In this document: one piece after another, positions 38,941 through 54,650 of the stretch
How positions within the stretch are numbered: the stretch's first letter is position 1
Layout: every line of letters starts with the position of its first letter
Assembly (NCBI RefSeq): GCF_009914755.1
Contig: NC_060947.1
DNA: 64,000 nucleotides
DNA from: the human T2T-CHM13v2.0 reference genome, Homo sapiens
Strand: one strand, 5' to 3'
The notes under the pieces: model-generated
Told to the model about the DNA's origin: nothing
The model's database searches: none
What the model saw: the letters and a program-made list of their open reading frames with translations, nothing else
Made by a program: the position numbers and the translations under genes

Positions 38941-41659
38941 GTATTTAATGTTACCAAGATAAGGAGACAAAAAATGCCCAAATATGGCTCTATGGTAGTT
39001 GAAATGAGGCAAAACATTTGTGATAAAAGTTAGAAGAGGACTCAAATGTTGTAGGAAAAAAATCTGTGAACAGTTAAGAATGGGAGTGAACAGTGTGTCA
39101 AGGGTAGAGAGTAGAATGTGGAAGGTTTAGTGTGTTGCTACTGAGCTGTCACTACAATACAATTTAGTAAAAGTGGCAGGTATAATATTCTGTTAGAACA
39201 CCTTGATACCAGCACAGATTGTTTATAGTATCTGCTTCAATTAGTTGGTGCTTAGACTGTACTGCTTGCTCATTATTTTGAGTATCCACAATGAATAGTG
39301 GCAAATAATGACTAAATTGAATGAAGTTCAAACCAAAGATTGTACAACAGTTCAGTCTTGAAAGAAAACCCTCAAATCCAAAGAGCAATGACACTCATGA
39401 CTACTTGTTTTATTACCAGTTCCTCATGATTTGCGAAAAGCAACATTCCAGATTTTTGAAGTAAAAGTAATCTATAATAAATTACTATAAAAAGTGAATT
39501 TAAATGGACAAAGTGAATGGGAACATCTCAAGCCAAGATGGTAGCATGCCATCCTTTTCACCCTCTTTCAAGTTTGCATTAGCAAACCTAGCAATGGAAA
39601 CCTGACTTCACATATTATTTTTAATCTATCCTCAAAACTGCTGCCTTCAACAAACCATTATGTAAATGGAATTTTCTTCAGGACTAGATTGGCATGTATG
39701 CCTTTGGTTGGTATTCAATTAGCACAAATTGTATATACTCTTTTCCAGTTATTTCTGCCTTACCTTGACCTACATTACTATATACTAGTTCAAAATTAGT
39801 GTTAATGGAGTTAGCTAATACAGCAACTGAAACTGATGTTATTCAATATAGAAGAGAAATAATAACATCAATATCTTATTCTCTTTACTCTGTCATACTT
39901 TTCACACATCATATTGTATAGTACCACGACTACATGGAATTCTAAAAAACTCAATACAATTTGACATTTTAAATGGAAAATTATGAGTAAATATAAATGA
40001 TATATGAATTCTTAATGTATTCATATTTATTTTCAGAAATTTCACTCCAACTAGATTAAATGTACTTCAGCAGGAAATTTTGTTCTATTCTGTCAAAAAA
40101 AAAAAAATACCACAGAGAAGTAGTGTCAGTATATGGCAATGCTCATGTTCCAAGAGCTAATTTGATCGTCATCATATTGCTATTTGAATATCCTTTTGTC
40201 TTGCAGAATACAAGCACACGCAACTATTAACTGACAACTACAGAGTAAAGAAAGTGCAGAAATCATTGTTAGGTGAACGTATGGGTTATTTTCTTAAAAA
40301 CACTCCAAAATTTTAAAATGTAATACGAAGTTCAAATGTTTTTGTTAACTTGAGAAAAGCTGTTACAACCCAGGTTAACTGTCAAGTATAAAATGAGCAA
40401 TAATTCACGTACCTAGAAAATTTACAATGACAACATAGTAGACCAAAAACACATATTTAAATTACTTCATAAAGTAATTCAAGCCCTAGGTAATACCCCT
40501 TGTACCATATACATTTCATCATATGTTCAAGATATTCTCTTTTGTTTGTCGACCTTTTCCTATATGTAGTAAAAGCAATGAGTTCACTGGAAGAATTAAG
40601 TTCCATTATCTCTAAAAGAAGGTATCTTGGCTTATAACTAATCTATTTCCATTTTACTTTGCAAGGGAAAGATTAGTTGAAACAGAAGTGCATACAGAGT
40701 CTTAATGACAAATAAAAAAATAGTAGGATGTCAGGCAATCCACTGTATATCAGCACCTGACTCCAACCAAGCACACCCCCCAAAACACTTAGATTTTTAC
40801 CATATGATTTTGTGACTTTACAAACAAGCTAGCCATATCCTACACTGTGTTTCAGTCATAGTTGAGACTTCTTTATTTCCTCTGGCTCTCCCAGGTTATT
40901 AGGAATGCTTTCCATTCTATCCTAAACATCTGGCTTGCTCCAGAGGTTCCTGAAAAATTAGTTGAATAATGCACAACTGTCCCTATTTTTTACATCAGTC
41001 AATTAACCGCATTAATCGCCAAAAGCTTCTGGGTCAGAAAGACTTGTTCAGTTTGTTTTGGAGTGTATTTTACTCCTCATTAAATAGAACATTAAAATTT
41101 AGTAGTCTCATTACCAAGATATAATTTGATTTATTCAAATTAAGTTCTGCAGAACGTAACACTAATGAACCTTTCATGTAATTCAGATTCTTATATTCAG
41201 GGTTATACTGTCAGAAGGGGAGTGGCATATCTTAGTACTAGATAGAAAAAGGACAGTGCTGGGGGAAGAACAGGCTGTTTCTATAAATGAATGTAAGTAG
41301 AAAATTGTCAACATTCATTTACCACTTGGTAAGCACTAAAGTGCCTGGTTCTCTGATGACAGAATGAGTAAGTGGTTGTTACTCTCCCTCTACTGGAGAG
41401 ATGATGATGCACTGCTAGTTAACACCTTCTAAGTCCCTAAAGCACATCTACTTTAACTAGAATAGAGTTGCAATGAAGTTAAAACTTTTTCAGACCTATT
41501 TTTGATAGCTGGTAATGTTTCAATGTACAAGATAAAAAAGAATTGGAATTAGAGTAGAAGAGCATGCAAAAATCTAGAGCAGCAGAATAATTACTTAGAA
41601 CCCAAGTAATTAAAATCTTCAACTATTCAGATAATTTTGTCCCCTTTCAAATTTTTTCA

Positions 41660-41820
41660 TTTAAATTTTTAATTTTTCTGGGTACATAGTTCTATATATA
41701 TGGGGTACACATGATGTTTTGATACAGGCATGCAATGTGAAATAAGCACATCATGGAGAATGGGGTATCTATCCATTCAAGCATTTATCTTTTGAGTTAC
41801 ACACAATCCAATTACAATTT
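41660..41820 (-). mobile_element. Short L1MA1/2 3'-end fragment
   Basis: aatttttctgggtacatag..gatgttttgatacaggcatgcaatgtgaaataagcacatcatggagaatggggtatc. Confidence 0.88.
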
Positions 41821-41959
41821 TATCTCATATTCTACTTTGAGAAGAAGGACATACATGACATACATTTTTTAAAAAGAAGAAGAAAGCAAATAAAAATATT
41901 GCATTAGTAGTTCTTGAATCAAAGGCATGACAAAATGACAATAATGCTTTGGGAAGAGC

Positions 41960-43300
41960 ACTATGCCAAAAGAGAGTGCAAGGCCAGTGGTATATGGAAG
42001 AAAGACAATAAAGAGGACATTCCAGTAATCCAAGTATGACTTCACAAGTCTGGAGTAGAGTGAATAGCAGAACAAGAGAGAAAAAGGAAAACCTGAGAGA
42101 TACTTAAACAAAAAACATAAAAATCTGAGTTAGACATTGGACTTAGAAGAAAAAGAAATAAATGAATTTAAATAGCTTCAAAAATTTTACCTAGAAAACT
42201 GAAAATTACACAAATAATTTGGATAGAGAGGGGATCTACTTTAACTAGAACATTAATTTCAGTTTCAGACACTTTGAGTTTGAGATACCAGTATAATATT
42301 CATTTGGATATGTCCTCGGAAGTACTGCAATGCATGTTCATAGATATGTTAATTTGGGAATCATTTGCATGGAGAAGTAGTTGAAGAAATAAGAAAGAAG
42401 ACAATGTGATAAGCAGTGTGGTGATTTCTTAAATAATTTAAAACAATAGTACCATTCAACCCAGCAATCTCATTATTGGGTATATACCTGAAGGATTATA
42501 AATCGTTCTACCATAAAGACACATGCATGCATATATTCATCACAGCACTATTCACAACAGCAAAGACATGGAATCAATCTAAATGTCCAGCAATGGTAGA
42601 CTGGATAAAGAAAATATGGTACATATACACCATGGAATACTATGCAGTCATAAAAAAGAATGAGATCATGTTCTTTGCAGCAAGATCAATGGAGCTGGAG
42701 GCCATTATCCTAAGCAAACTAATGCAGGAACAGAAAACCAAATACCACATGTTCTCACTCATCAGTGGGAGCTAAATAATAGGAACACATGGAAAGCAAC
42801 ACACACTGGGGCCTATCAAGAATAGGAGGGTGGGAGGAGGGAGAGGATCAGGAAAAATAACTAATGGTTAGTATGCTTAGCACCTGGATGATGAAATAAT
42901 CTGTACAACAAACTCCCATGACACAAGTTTACCTATGTAAAAAACCTGCTCATGTACCCTTGAACCTAAGATATAAGTTAAAAAAAAAAAGAATAGTGGA
43001 GTACTTATGAAATTTAGAGTATACTCATAATTAAGTGGTAGAAAGAGAAAATGTAAGCAAAGGATGGAGTGGCAAAAAAGATGAGTATCAGGAAATTAAA
43101 ATTCCATCAAAGCTAAGCATTGTGATTATTTCTAGGAAAATGAGATTGGTTAATAGCATTCAGAAATACAGAAACATTCCCTGGATTTGGTAAGAAAGCT
43201 GGTAATTTTTTAATGAATTGGCGGTGGAAATTAGACAGCTGTAACTTAATAGGGAGTGTATAGGAAATAGAGAATACGGGAAGTAATTGGCAACAAAATG
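41960..43300 (-). mobile_element. Decayed L2, interrupted by an L1PA at 42411-42990
   Basis: cagtaatccaag..; tttcagtttcagacactttgagtttgagatacc; atttgggaatcatttgcatggagaagtagttgaag. Confidence 0.55.
42411..42990 (+). mobile_element. L1PA13-like 3' end (ORF2 C-terminus, 3'UTR, A-tail)
   Basis: ORF ...MEYYAVIKKNEIMFFAA..MELEAIILSKLMQEQKTKYHMFSLISGS*; gagaggatcaggaaaaataactaatgg; poly-A to 42990. Confidence 0.93.
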
Positions 43301-45739
43301 AATGAAAGTTTGAATAAACTGTAGAAAAGGTAAGAATTGTTTAGGTCACTATGGTGATCACCAACTACAGTTCTTAAAAAATAACTTATATTTTCTTGTT
43401 AGACCACCAATTTCCAGTAGAAGACAAAAAGTTAGTGACTTGCTTTCTTTAAGGTTCTCTTGGAGAAGTTAAAAATATTTGTATCTTATGTGCACTGCTA
43501 TGTAATAAGTAAAACCAAGCCAAAAAAAAAAACCCCTCATTTTATTTGAGTATCTCTAATGAAGATGGTTTTATACATTAAGAGGGCAAGGTAGAAATAA
43601 CTTAATGCATAAGCCAAGAGGAGAAACTACATAGAAGAGCTAAATAAAAATTTTAAAAGGAGTTGTTAACACACACACGTGTGCATGCGAATCAAACCTG
43701 ATAAACTGATTCCTGATAGAGCAGTACATTGAGTATCAATATGTGGTTCTTCCTTTCTTTAATTTTATATTAGGCCAAAACATCTTCCAGCATATCAAAT
43801 CGTATCAAAATACTGTCACTCAATTTTAGAATTAGATATTCATCTATCATTTTGAAGCAGCTAGAATTCTGGTCCTTGTCTTCTCATTATACTAGTGAGA
43901 TAACCAAGGAACTGAGAAGTTTCATAGCTTCTTCAGAGTGCCACAGAGAGTGAGGGAGCAAATCATGGCTCCAACTCAAGTTATGTGCTTTCTTATGCCA
44001 CAAACTAATGCAGTTTCTTTGACAATTCTCAGTATTACCGTATTTCAGTCTGACTCATAGCACTAATTAGAAAACATTGTGAATAATCTGATATCAGGAT
44101 TCCTAAATGTGGATTGTTGCTCATATTTAGAAATGTGATTAATATGTCTGATTTTAGGTAATGTTTTCTTCAAATAAATTTAATTAAAACATTGTAAAAT
44201 AGAGGACTTTCCTCTTTCCCCATCTAATATGACATCTAATAGATAGGAAACTTAGTATACTATTTTTTATTGCAAAGGAAAGATCCTAATGTGCTGATCT
44301 CAATAAGATTTGAAAGAATAACTTGGTTATATATGAAAATATCTATTATTTTAAATAAAATTACCAAGCATATTTGTATAAGATCAAGATTAAGTTAATA
44401 AACAAGAAATTTTCATTTCACTATAAATTTTGCCCTGTCGAGTATATTGTAGAGAGTGGGTATAAAGCAAAGTAGACAAGCATGGAAACAAATGACTTGC
44501 TGGCCCACTCATATTTACATGAGTAGTGGTTCACAATTAATTCTACTTCTACTAAAGCAAAAATGCGATTTCATCATAGGGCCATCACTGCTTTCCCAAG
44601 CATCACCCACAAGTTGACTTTTATCCTGACTTTTTGTACCTTCACTCTCATTCCAACAGCTAATATCATGCCTCCCATGTTCTGTTGATGCAAGCATGCC
44701 CATCAGCCTGCTTTCTATATCCATTATACTGCCCCATGAATCCCATCTAAATTCCTACCTTAATGCCATTGTTCAATCTTTGCCCTCATCTGGAATGTAA
44801 TGCTACCTTTCCAATCATAATTTTCCTACAAAGACTGTGTTATAAGTACCACCTCTCTGATTAAACTCTTTAACTACTCTTGAAATCAATGATGATTCCT
44901 TCCTTTAAATTTCTATTATTTCCTTTTACTCTTCATTTGACATTATATTTTAAAAATCATAACACAACAAACTCTGTTGTTTCCTTTAAATTATTTTACA
45001 TATTAAAGAATTTTTTAACAAAAAAGATAAAACCATGACTCTCAGGCATGGAATAAACACATATTAAAGATCTAATTTAACCTATTAATGAAAAACTGGT
45101 AAGATGTTACAACTAATTCAAAGAAGAATAAAACATACAGACACATTTATAGATCAACAGTTTTAAAATGAATAGACAAATGGGGGCAAAACTAACTTCT
45201 ACAATGGAAAAAGAAATTGAAATGCAATCTTTATAAGTCATAATTTTCATGTTTGTAGATAATAATTATTTCTATTTTATCAGTTATTTATAATTGCCAC
45301 AGTTGTAATATAGCTGTTGTTGAATCTGAATCAGATAAGTCAGAAAGTTGTACTCTTTACAATATATCATTTTCCACTGAAACACATTTTTTTTCACATA
45401 TCCTTTAGAATTTGGACTCTAGTTTCAAGATGTGACTATTTAAAAACAGTTTTATAATCTTTCCTTTAGATTGCTTAAGAATTCAAAGAAAAATTTTTAG
45501 AGTACCATTGATAATGACATACTTACGTCATTTGAGGGTTTACATGGTAATTGCAAAAAGTAAAGAAGTACAATGCCATGGTTTTTGAAAAATGTGCATA
45601 ATCAAGCTCAAAATGCCACTGTGTCTCATTATAAAGTAATGAATTAGGGTGTTTTGGGTCACCTATGCATTTGTTTAATAGGAAGTTTCAAATGAAGACT
45701 ATAAAAATATTTCAATATGTTTATTGAAATTTATTGCTC

Positions 45740-46115
45740 TGGAGTGATTTGGAGATTTAGCTCCTGGGAAACATTTTCCTACATGCCAGGGTGATAAATC
45801 TGGAGATCTTAACCTCACCTCACTGGAGAGGAATTTTTGGCATTCTAGAGTAAAGATGAGGTATCTCACTCCCTCTAGAGATGAGAAAAAGCGTATGTTC
45901 TAGTTGTCCCTTATAAGCTCTGAGTCTCATCATGTTAGAGATCCTCTTCTGTGATACAAACTCACTGCATATACTCGTAACATCTGGTTCTCACTATGTA
46001 GTCTGTGAAAATTGGACTCAGGAAGCCAGCAATAAGATACTTATTTTGCTACTGCTGTTCTGGCCATAATAATCTATTTTCCTGACACAGGGGTCTTTGT
46101 GACTTTATATGCTTA
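45740..46115 (+). mobile_element. MER74/MER73-like ERVL LTR remnant
   Basis: tcctcttctgtgatacaaactcactgc..tgtgaaaattggactcaggaagcc..gctactgctgtt..aataat..ctgacacagg. Confidence 0.5.
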
Positions 46116-46118
46116 TGT

Positions 46119-46121
<3 letters not shown>

Positions 46122-46160
<39 letters not shown>

Positions 46161-46171
46161 TGTGTCTGTGT
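46122..46171 (+). repeat. (TG)n microsatellite
   Basis: Directly visible. Confidence 0.95.
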
Positions 46172-46849
46172 GGGTGTGATGGAGGCAATGGAACTCAGAC
46201 TGTGAACTTCTAGAATCACTGCCTCTGTTCTAAAAGCCCAACCAGTGACAAGATCCAGAATCATCATCCTGATAGATACTTTAGACACAGTAAACATCTA
46301 CCACTGAGTGGCACCACATCGTAGGTACAACCACAGCAGATTTGGAGAGTGTGGTCAAGACCCTGGGCTACCTTACAGATTGCTACTCGGGCTACCAACA
46401 TTGGTGGTAGTTTATTAAGCTCACAATAACAGAACCTCCATTGTAAGTGACTAAATTTTGTATGCATCTTATTACGGTATTTTATAGTTTCACTGTCTAT
46501 GCAAAATAATAACATAAAGAAACAGAATGTGCTTCAAGGTAAGGGCTCACAGGAAAGTCACTCTAGAGTGGCAATATATATTGGAGTTATTTTGTATGTC
46601 CCAGAACTTAACTTTCTACTTTGAAGCTCTCTTTCTAATGACTCAATCAGTGAATTTTCTGAAAGAAAAAAAAATGTGATTTGAAAGGAATGAAGGAGAG
46701 CTGCTTGCTTACCCAGTTGGGTCTAGGAACCAGATTAGAAAAAGAAAGCAAACAAAGCAGGTCAAAAATACTATTGTGTCTCCTGCTTCTACTTTAGGAT
46801 AGAAAGAAAAAGTAAAACGGTTAGTGAATCCTGGTCATGGCATATGATC

Positions 46850-47075
46850 ATAATAGTAAATATTCATAAAGTCTTAATATTAACCAGGCACAGTACTAAA
46901 CATATTTTACCTGTTAACTAATTTAATCATATCAATGGCCCAATGATATAAATACTATTATTATTCCATATGTTTCAGATGAAGAAACTGAGGTACAGAG
47001 ACAGAAAGTGTCTTGCCCAAGTTTACACAGCTAGTAAGTAGTAAAATAAAAATTTAATCTCCAGCAATCTATCTT
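46850..47075 (-). mobile_element. MIR
   Basis: ccaggcacagtactaaac..tttcagatgaagaaactgaggtacagaga..cttgcccaagtttacacagctagtaagt. Confidence 0.88.
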
Positions 47076-47091
47076 TAATATACATGCTATT

Positions 47092-47442
<351 letters not shown>

Positions 47443-47613
47443 TTAATCATGTCATCTATGATATACAGCTTTGAGTTGTTGTTTTATACTTCAGTTTTGA
47501 AGTGGGCAGGCTTTCTGTTCCAAGGAGTTGTTCAAACAATGCAATAATGTCTCCATCTTGAGAGCACATCTCAGGAGTCATTCAATAAGAATACTTATGT
47601 AACATATGGCTAC

Positions 47614-48011
47614 TGCTATGCTTTGAATCTTTGTACCCCATGAAGCTCATGTTGAAACTTAATCATCAAGAGAACAGCATTAAAAAGTGGGGACTTTAAA
47701 AGGTGATTGAGTCATGAAGTTCCCACCCTTATGAATAGATTAATCTGTTCATGGATTAATGGTTGTTATGGGAATGGGTCAGTTATCATAAGAGTGGATC
47801 TGTTATTAAAGCCAGTTTAGTGTCTTTCTTGTCCTGTGATGCCTTTCACTGTGTTATAACACAGCACAAGACACTCACTAGAAGGCAATGAGATGTGGTC
47901 CCTCAACCTTGGACTTCCTGGTCTTCAGAATTATAAGAAATAAATGTATTTTCTTTATAAATTACCCAGTCTCAGGTATTCTGTTACAGCAACAAGAATA
48001 AGACGGAGACA
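47614..48011 (+). mobile_element. MSTD-like MaLR solo LTR
   Basis: tgctatgctttgaatc..ctcatgttgaaacttaatc...gattaatctgttcatggattaatgg...tataaattacccagtctcaggtattctgttacagcaaca. Confidence 0.88.
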
Positions 48012-48241
48012 GCTAATAGCCCTCTTTTCAGAGAAAACATTTATCAACACTCCCTACATTTCTGGAATAACATTTTAAAACTAAGCATATGCAGTGGTAT
48101 TTTGCACATTTCTCCTTTTCTTTCTTTGAGCAGAATTCTTCAGCCCACCTGGGATTTACCTTAACTATTTTTAAGTTGCCATTTTGTGTTCTACAAAACT
48201 TACGAAAATATAAATATAAATATGGACCCTGTTTCTCACTG

Positions 48242-48491
48242 TTTTTTTTTTTTTATCTTGGCTCACTGCAACCTCCGCTTCCTGAGTTCAAGCGATTCTC
48301 CTGTCTCAGCCTCCTGAGTAGCTGGGATTACAGGTGCCCGCGACCATGCCCAGCTAATATTTGTGTATTTAGTAGACACGGTGTTTCACCGTGTTGGGCA
48401 GGCTGGTCTCGAACTCCTGACCTCAGGTGATCCACCCACCTTGGCCTCCCCAAAGTGCTTGGAGTACAGACGTGAGCCACTGTTCCTGGCT
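48242..48491 (-). mobile_element. Alu (AluS-like) lacking ~45-50 bp next to the A-tail
   Basis: (T)n joined directly to atcttggctcactgcaacc. Confidence 0.93.
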
Positions 48492-48987
48492 CTCAGTGTC
48501 TTTTAATCATTGCAGGAGATATAAACATAAATGCAACACACATACTAAACTACATGTAACTAAATGCTATGACTGGGCTCTAAAATATCAAGTATTAGTA
48601 AAGAAAAATAGATTTTTTAAAAGTATGAACTGTGCAATAAAGAAATTGGGATAATTCAGGTTGGTGTCATCAGATCAAAGTCTTTGATAGTAAAAATTAA
48701 AAAAAACCCCACAGAGTTGGAAATTTTCCCACACGTTCCTGGAAGACTTGTAGAATTTAGCTACTTCCCAAAACAAATTCACCCAAGAGAGAATACTCTT
48801 TCATGATTCCACAAGTTTATTGCGTTTCCTTCTGAAAGCTAGAGCAAGTACATCAGTCTGCTCAGATGCAAGATAAAAAAGGGCACTTCATGTAATTCCT
48901 CAAGCGTAACATTAATATAACGCTACTAATTTGTTTAGTTTGACCAATAAAAAGGATGAATTGTATGTCTTTCATCAAAAAAATATG

Positions 48988-49460
48988 GAAGTCTCACATT
49001 TTGCTAATGAGGATGTAAATTAGCACATCCTTTCTGGAAAGAAACCTAGTAAAATATCAAGTGCCTTAAAAAAAAGAATTCTCCCACCAATTTCTTTCTA
49101 GAAACCTATTTTTAAGTAAATAATCATATAAATAAAAATATTTATGCTCATTACTGTTCACACAATGTTATTTTTAATAGCACAGGAAATGAAATGACAT
49201 AGTCGACTGGTCATATAAATTAGAATACATTTGTACAACAAAATAATATGCAGCAATTAAAATGAACTTTTGAAAAACTGTGAGGTAGAAAATGTTTCTG
49301 ATATGACATTCAATAAAACCACCATGATTGAAAGTATATATACAATATGATCTTAACTTTGTAAATATATGTGTACCAAAATGACTAGAAGGAAACATAA
49401 CACAATATTAACAACGGCTATCTCTCTTTGGAGTGCAATGGCAGTCAATATCTTTCTTCT
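48988..49460 (+). mobile_element. L1ME4-like 3' fragment
   Basis: ctcacattttgctaatgaggatgtaaattagcacatcctttctggaaag...aatatgcagcaattaaaa...gactagaaggaaacata. Confidence 0.65.
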
Positions 49461-50227
49461 TTTTATCTTTTTTAATAAAATGAACATATCTCAGCCTTAA
49501 AATTAGAAACCAAGCTTTTTTTTTTTTAACTTTATAAAAAGTAATGGTAATGCTGGACTGATTAAGGCTGAAGCTGACTAAAGGAAGTGAGAAAGGATAA
49601 AGCAAAAAGAAGGGAGCATGCCTGTGGCTTTAAGATTAGGGGGAATAAAAAAGGAGAAAGGGTAAGTACCATGAAAGTGAAATTAAATGAACTGAGACAG
49701 ACTCACTGAGTGATAAATTACAAGTAAAGTAGCATCTTATTTCATGCATGCCAAATTTTACTCTTTATAGTGAGTGCCGGTAAGGATTCAATTTTCCAGC
49801 TATTGTTCCAGCATTTTTTATACCAACTATCACGTTCTCTTTCATAACTTTATTCATTTTTTTCCTCCATTGAACTATAATAATGCCTTCTTCCACAAAC
49901 ATATTACCTCAGAGTATGCAATTTTGAGCTGTTACTTTGGAAATTTAAAATACAGTTAATTAAGTTCCATAATACAAATTTTTGGCAAGAAACATATTTA
50001 TCTTCTTATTTTTCTAGTTGGGCTAAATACATTTTGGCTCAATTGAAATCCTGAAGAGTCTCCATGACTCTCTTTGAAGCTGTGGAAATGTGTGTAAATT
50101 CATCATATGTTAGAATTCATTCCCAAATTCATAAACCTGTTGTGTAATTGACTTATAGTAACCTGCAAAACACCCTGTGGATGAATGACAACATAGGAGA
50201 TTGGACAAAATGCCAGGATAGCGTTCT

Positions 50228-50541
50228 TATTTTTTATTTTATTATTTTTATTTTATGTATGTATATTTTCATTTTTGAGATAGTCTGGCACTGTCACCCA
50301 GGCCGATCTCGGCTCACTGCATCCTCTGCCTCCCGGGTTCAAGCTATTTTCCTGTCGTAGCCTCCGGAGTAGTTGGGATTACAGGCAAGCGCCACTACAC
50401 CCGGCTAATTTTTGTATTTTTAGTAGAGATGGAGTTTTGCCATGTTGGCCAAGCTGGTTTGGAACTCCTGGCCTCAAGTGATCCGCCCTCCTCGGCCTCC
50501 CAAAGGATTGGGATTACAGGCGTGAGCTACTGCACCCAGCC
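50228..50541 (-). mobile_element. Alu (old S/J boundary), small internal deletion
   Basis: T-rich tail; gtcacccagg|ccgatctcggctcactgca; ...cgtgagctactgcacccagcc. Confidence 0.93.
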
Positions 50542-50999
50542 AGAATATCATTTTTAAATCAAAGAAAAGAGAGTGATTTGTGATAAAACGAATCATTGTT
50601 TTTCTCTAGCAAAGATCAAACAGTCCATTTTTCTTCTTCAGATACTTTAATTTGATATAATACCTAAGTGATTTAAGAAATTCATCAATGTACTGTGCAT
50701 TTATTACAGCTATAAAGGTAGATTTAGAAAGAAGAAATAAAAAATTCATTATACGTTTATTCAAACCCTGGAAATACACAGGCTTTAACTTCTAGTTATT
50801 TGGAAAAAGATAATTCAAACAAATATTTGATATCAATTTAACTTCACAAACCTTGAAGAAGCATTTTATAAAGTTGTACAAACTTTTCTGGTAAATGTTC
50901 AGTATACTTCTGAATATATATGCTTTATGTGCACATATATTTTTATTTCAATAACTATGCCCTTCCAGAGAAATTTATTCATAATATGTAATTGTACTA

Positions 51000-51573
<574 letters not shown>

Positions 51574-51775
51574 CTAAGGCTTAATTTAACCTAAAATCAT
51601 AATCTGATTCTACCCCTTTTTTTATGTTACACTTATACAGAGGATCTAGTATTTCCAATCATCCTTCATTTTACTTTTCTTATGGGATCTTAAAAATGAT
51701 TTCTAACCCATCCTTTCATGGGAAATGAGATGATTCTTCACACATTGTTGCTACTCATCAAGTCAGCATATCAAA

Positions 51776-52040
51776 TGTCTTAGCTCAGAGTGCTATAACG
51801 AAATATCATAAACTGAATGGCTTAAACAACAAATATTTATTTCTCACAGTTCTTCTTGTATCCTCACGTAGCAGAAAGAGAGCCAGCTAGCTCTCTAGCT
51901 TCTTCTTATAAAGGCACTACTGCCATTCATGCCTCATGACTTAATTACATCTCCAAGGCCCCACCTCAAACTACCATCGCATGGTGATTAAAGTTTTGAC
52001 ATATGAATTTGTGCAGGACACAAACATACAATTCATTTCA
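51776..52040 (-). mobile_element. MLT1A0-like LTR, internally deleted
   Basis: tgtcttagctcagagtgctataac..ggcttaaacaacaaatatttatttctcacagttct...aaggccccacctc..catatgaatttg. Confidence 0.85.
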
Positions 52041-54214
52041 CCAAGTAATGACTGTAAATCCTGCTTGGAAACATTGCACTGTAAAAACACAGTATTATAT
52101 TTGCTTTACTTAATAAACATCTGGTCATGTTTTTATTTATTTACAGATCTTTAGTTCATTACAGCTTTTTCATTTTTATTCCCTTAAAGAAAATAAATTT
52201 TTAAAAAAATTTTGTCTTTTTATTTCAAATCAGTAAGACAAGTAAAATTATAAAAATTCCATTATTTTTAAGACCAAACACTTTACACTTATTTTCTTTT
52301 TAGTATTCCATAGTTGGTAATTAAGCTTGATTAAGATTCTTTCCACACTCCAGGAATGTGTCACTCTTGGCTTTTTTATTTAGAAGACAGTAAACCTAGT
52401 TTTTTTTTGTTTTGTTTTGTTTTTTTAACCAGTAATGTATGACTAGATTAGTGGCAAGGCAATTAATTTAGGTAATACATGTCCAAATCTTATTGGATGA
52501 ATGCTTAGGTATAAATCTAATTCCTTCTATCATATACCGATAGGAAGGAAATTATAAAATATTACATTGTTATTATTTAATTACTCTTTTCATTAGACAA
52601 CTATTTGACACCCCAATATCAATTACATTCAGCACAGGCAATGTCAATTTTATAATTCATATAAAATGATTTATGTGATCAATGGAATGATGAGGTAAAC
52701 AAAAGAATGGATACAAAAGAAAGGATCTGTAGTGTATGCCTTATACTTGATACTGGAAATGCTAAATTGTAATGGTTGTTCTGGACTGGCTCAAAGCAGC
52801 TTAACGCCAGGTCAGAAGATGAATAATGAAGTATCTGATTGGTTTGGGTCAACCTGAGGTGATTGGGACTCCAAATAACCCAGACCTGTAGGTCCATTTT
52901 GATGGCTACATAAATCTCCAAATCATTCCATAATTTTTTGAAATACAAATTATCTACTGGTGGGAATAAATTAACCTAGGTTTAGAGCCCCACAGATAGG
53001 CCAGAATGATTGTTAGAAGTCAAAGAATAAAGGAAATCTGTCAAGTAACTTATTCGTTAGGCTTCTCTTATTCAGTGTTAGTCTTTTTCAAGATTATATA
53101 CTAACACAGAAAAACACCAAGAAGATACAAGTGACAGCTTCTTAATTAGTGGACGTTTAGTTTTTGCTTTGCACGTGTGAATGAGAGGTGATCATGTAAT
53201 TTTTAAAGACAAATAAACAACAACAAAAAACCCTTTTGAATTTAAAGGCAAATGGTGGTAAAAAATATCAGAGCACTATATATTTAGGCTAAAGATGAAT
53301 AAAAACCATCAAAGTACTGTATGTCTATGTAATTTGCTTTTTAACAATTGTAAAGGCAGGGAGAATTATGGTAAAAATACTTGTCTAAATTATGAAAAAA
53401 AATATGTCAGATTAAAGGGAATGAAGGCAAAATCTTATTAGTTCAATATATGCTATTTGAAAATATTTAATGCCAAAGTCCTTCAACTTTTCTCTATTAT
53501 CACTTGATGAGCAGGCTAAGCTTGCATTTTAAAGAGAATTGTATTGATAAATGTATGAACTTATTTTAACATTGGTTTCAACATCAGCTAATCAAAACAT
53601 TTAGAGGTGAGATGTAATTTCTAAAATATACTGTATGAAATAATTTATGCTGATGCTAGCAATTACATGGATGATCTGTAATCAAGAGTCTAGAGCAATT
53701 TAGGAAGAAATAATGAAGCAGAGTAGAAGCTTATGTGACCTATACATTAGTCACCACTTCTATTTCCTTACAATTACATCTTCATCCAACCCTAAAAAGA
53801 ATTCACAAAAGAATAGTTAGCATTTCCTCTCTTGTCAAATAATTCCGTAGTTATGTATAACTGGTCTTGAGAAGCTTTTCAAGGCAATACTCCAGTTTAT
53901 CTCTTTCAAGACTATGGAAGATATGCAAGGTTATAACCAGGTATATTTTCATACAGGCACTTAACACCTACTTTATATATTTGTTATCCAATTTTATTTC
54001 CCTGGCTCCAGTTTCTTTATGGCCACAGTGAAGTCTTCATAAAAATGAACATTTTTATCAAATAACATTGTCCTAAACATCTGAGTTTCCAAAATGGGAA
54101 AAGGAGGTAAGGTAAATGGAAATTATATTTAAAATGTTACAAGACAGATATGTAGGCATGAACACCATTTGCATTCTAAAATGGTTTAGACTAATACTTC
54201 TCAAAGTTTAATGT

Positions 54215-54380
54215 TGAATTGTTTATAACACAAAGGATAAATGCTTGAGGGGATGGAGACCCCATTCTCCATAATGTGATTATCTGACATTGCATGCCTA
54301 TATCAAAACATCTCATGTATCCCATAAATATATACATTTACTGTGTACTCACAAAAATTAAAGGTACAAAAAATTAAAAA
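54215..54380 (+). mobile_element. Short L1MA2/3 3' end inserted into a MER5-like element (54190-54432)
   Basis: acacaaaggataaatgcttgaggggatggagacccc..catctcatgtatcccataaatatatac; degenerate TSD aaagtttaatgt / aaagcttactgt. Confidence 0.88.
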
Positions 54381-54447
54381 GCTTACTGTGCATACGGAAC
54401 ATTTAGGTACCTTGTTACAATGCACAATCTGATATATTTATATTTAT

Positions 54448-54640
54448 ATGAGCTTTGTAATCAGACAGATTTGTGTTCTAATCATGGCTCTGCCACTTAT
54501 TACCTATAAGTGACAATAACATCTCTGAGCTTTAGATTCCACATTTTTAAATAAAAATAATAATATTAACCTCATAGAGTCATTATGAGGTTAAAATAAC
54601 AATGAATTTATGTAAATTGTCTAGCAGGGTGTCTGATATA
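54448..54640 (+). mobile_element. MIR
   Basis: gagctttgtaatcagacagatttgtgttctaatcatggctctgccacttatta..ataatattaacctcatagag. Confidence 0.8.
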
Positions 54641-54650
54641 TATGAGGGGT

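Noticed and set aside
44515-44724. 69-aa ORF in apparently unique sequence
   Set aside because: No recognisable homology or exon context; length expected by chance
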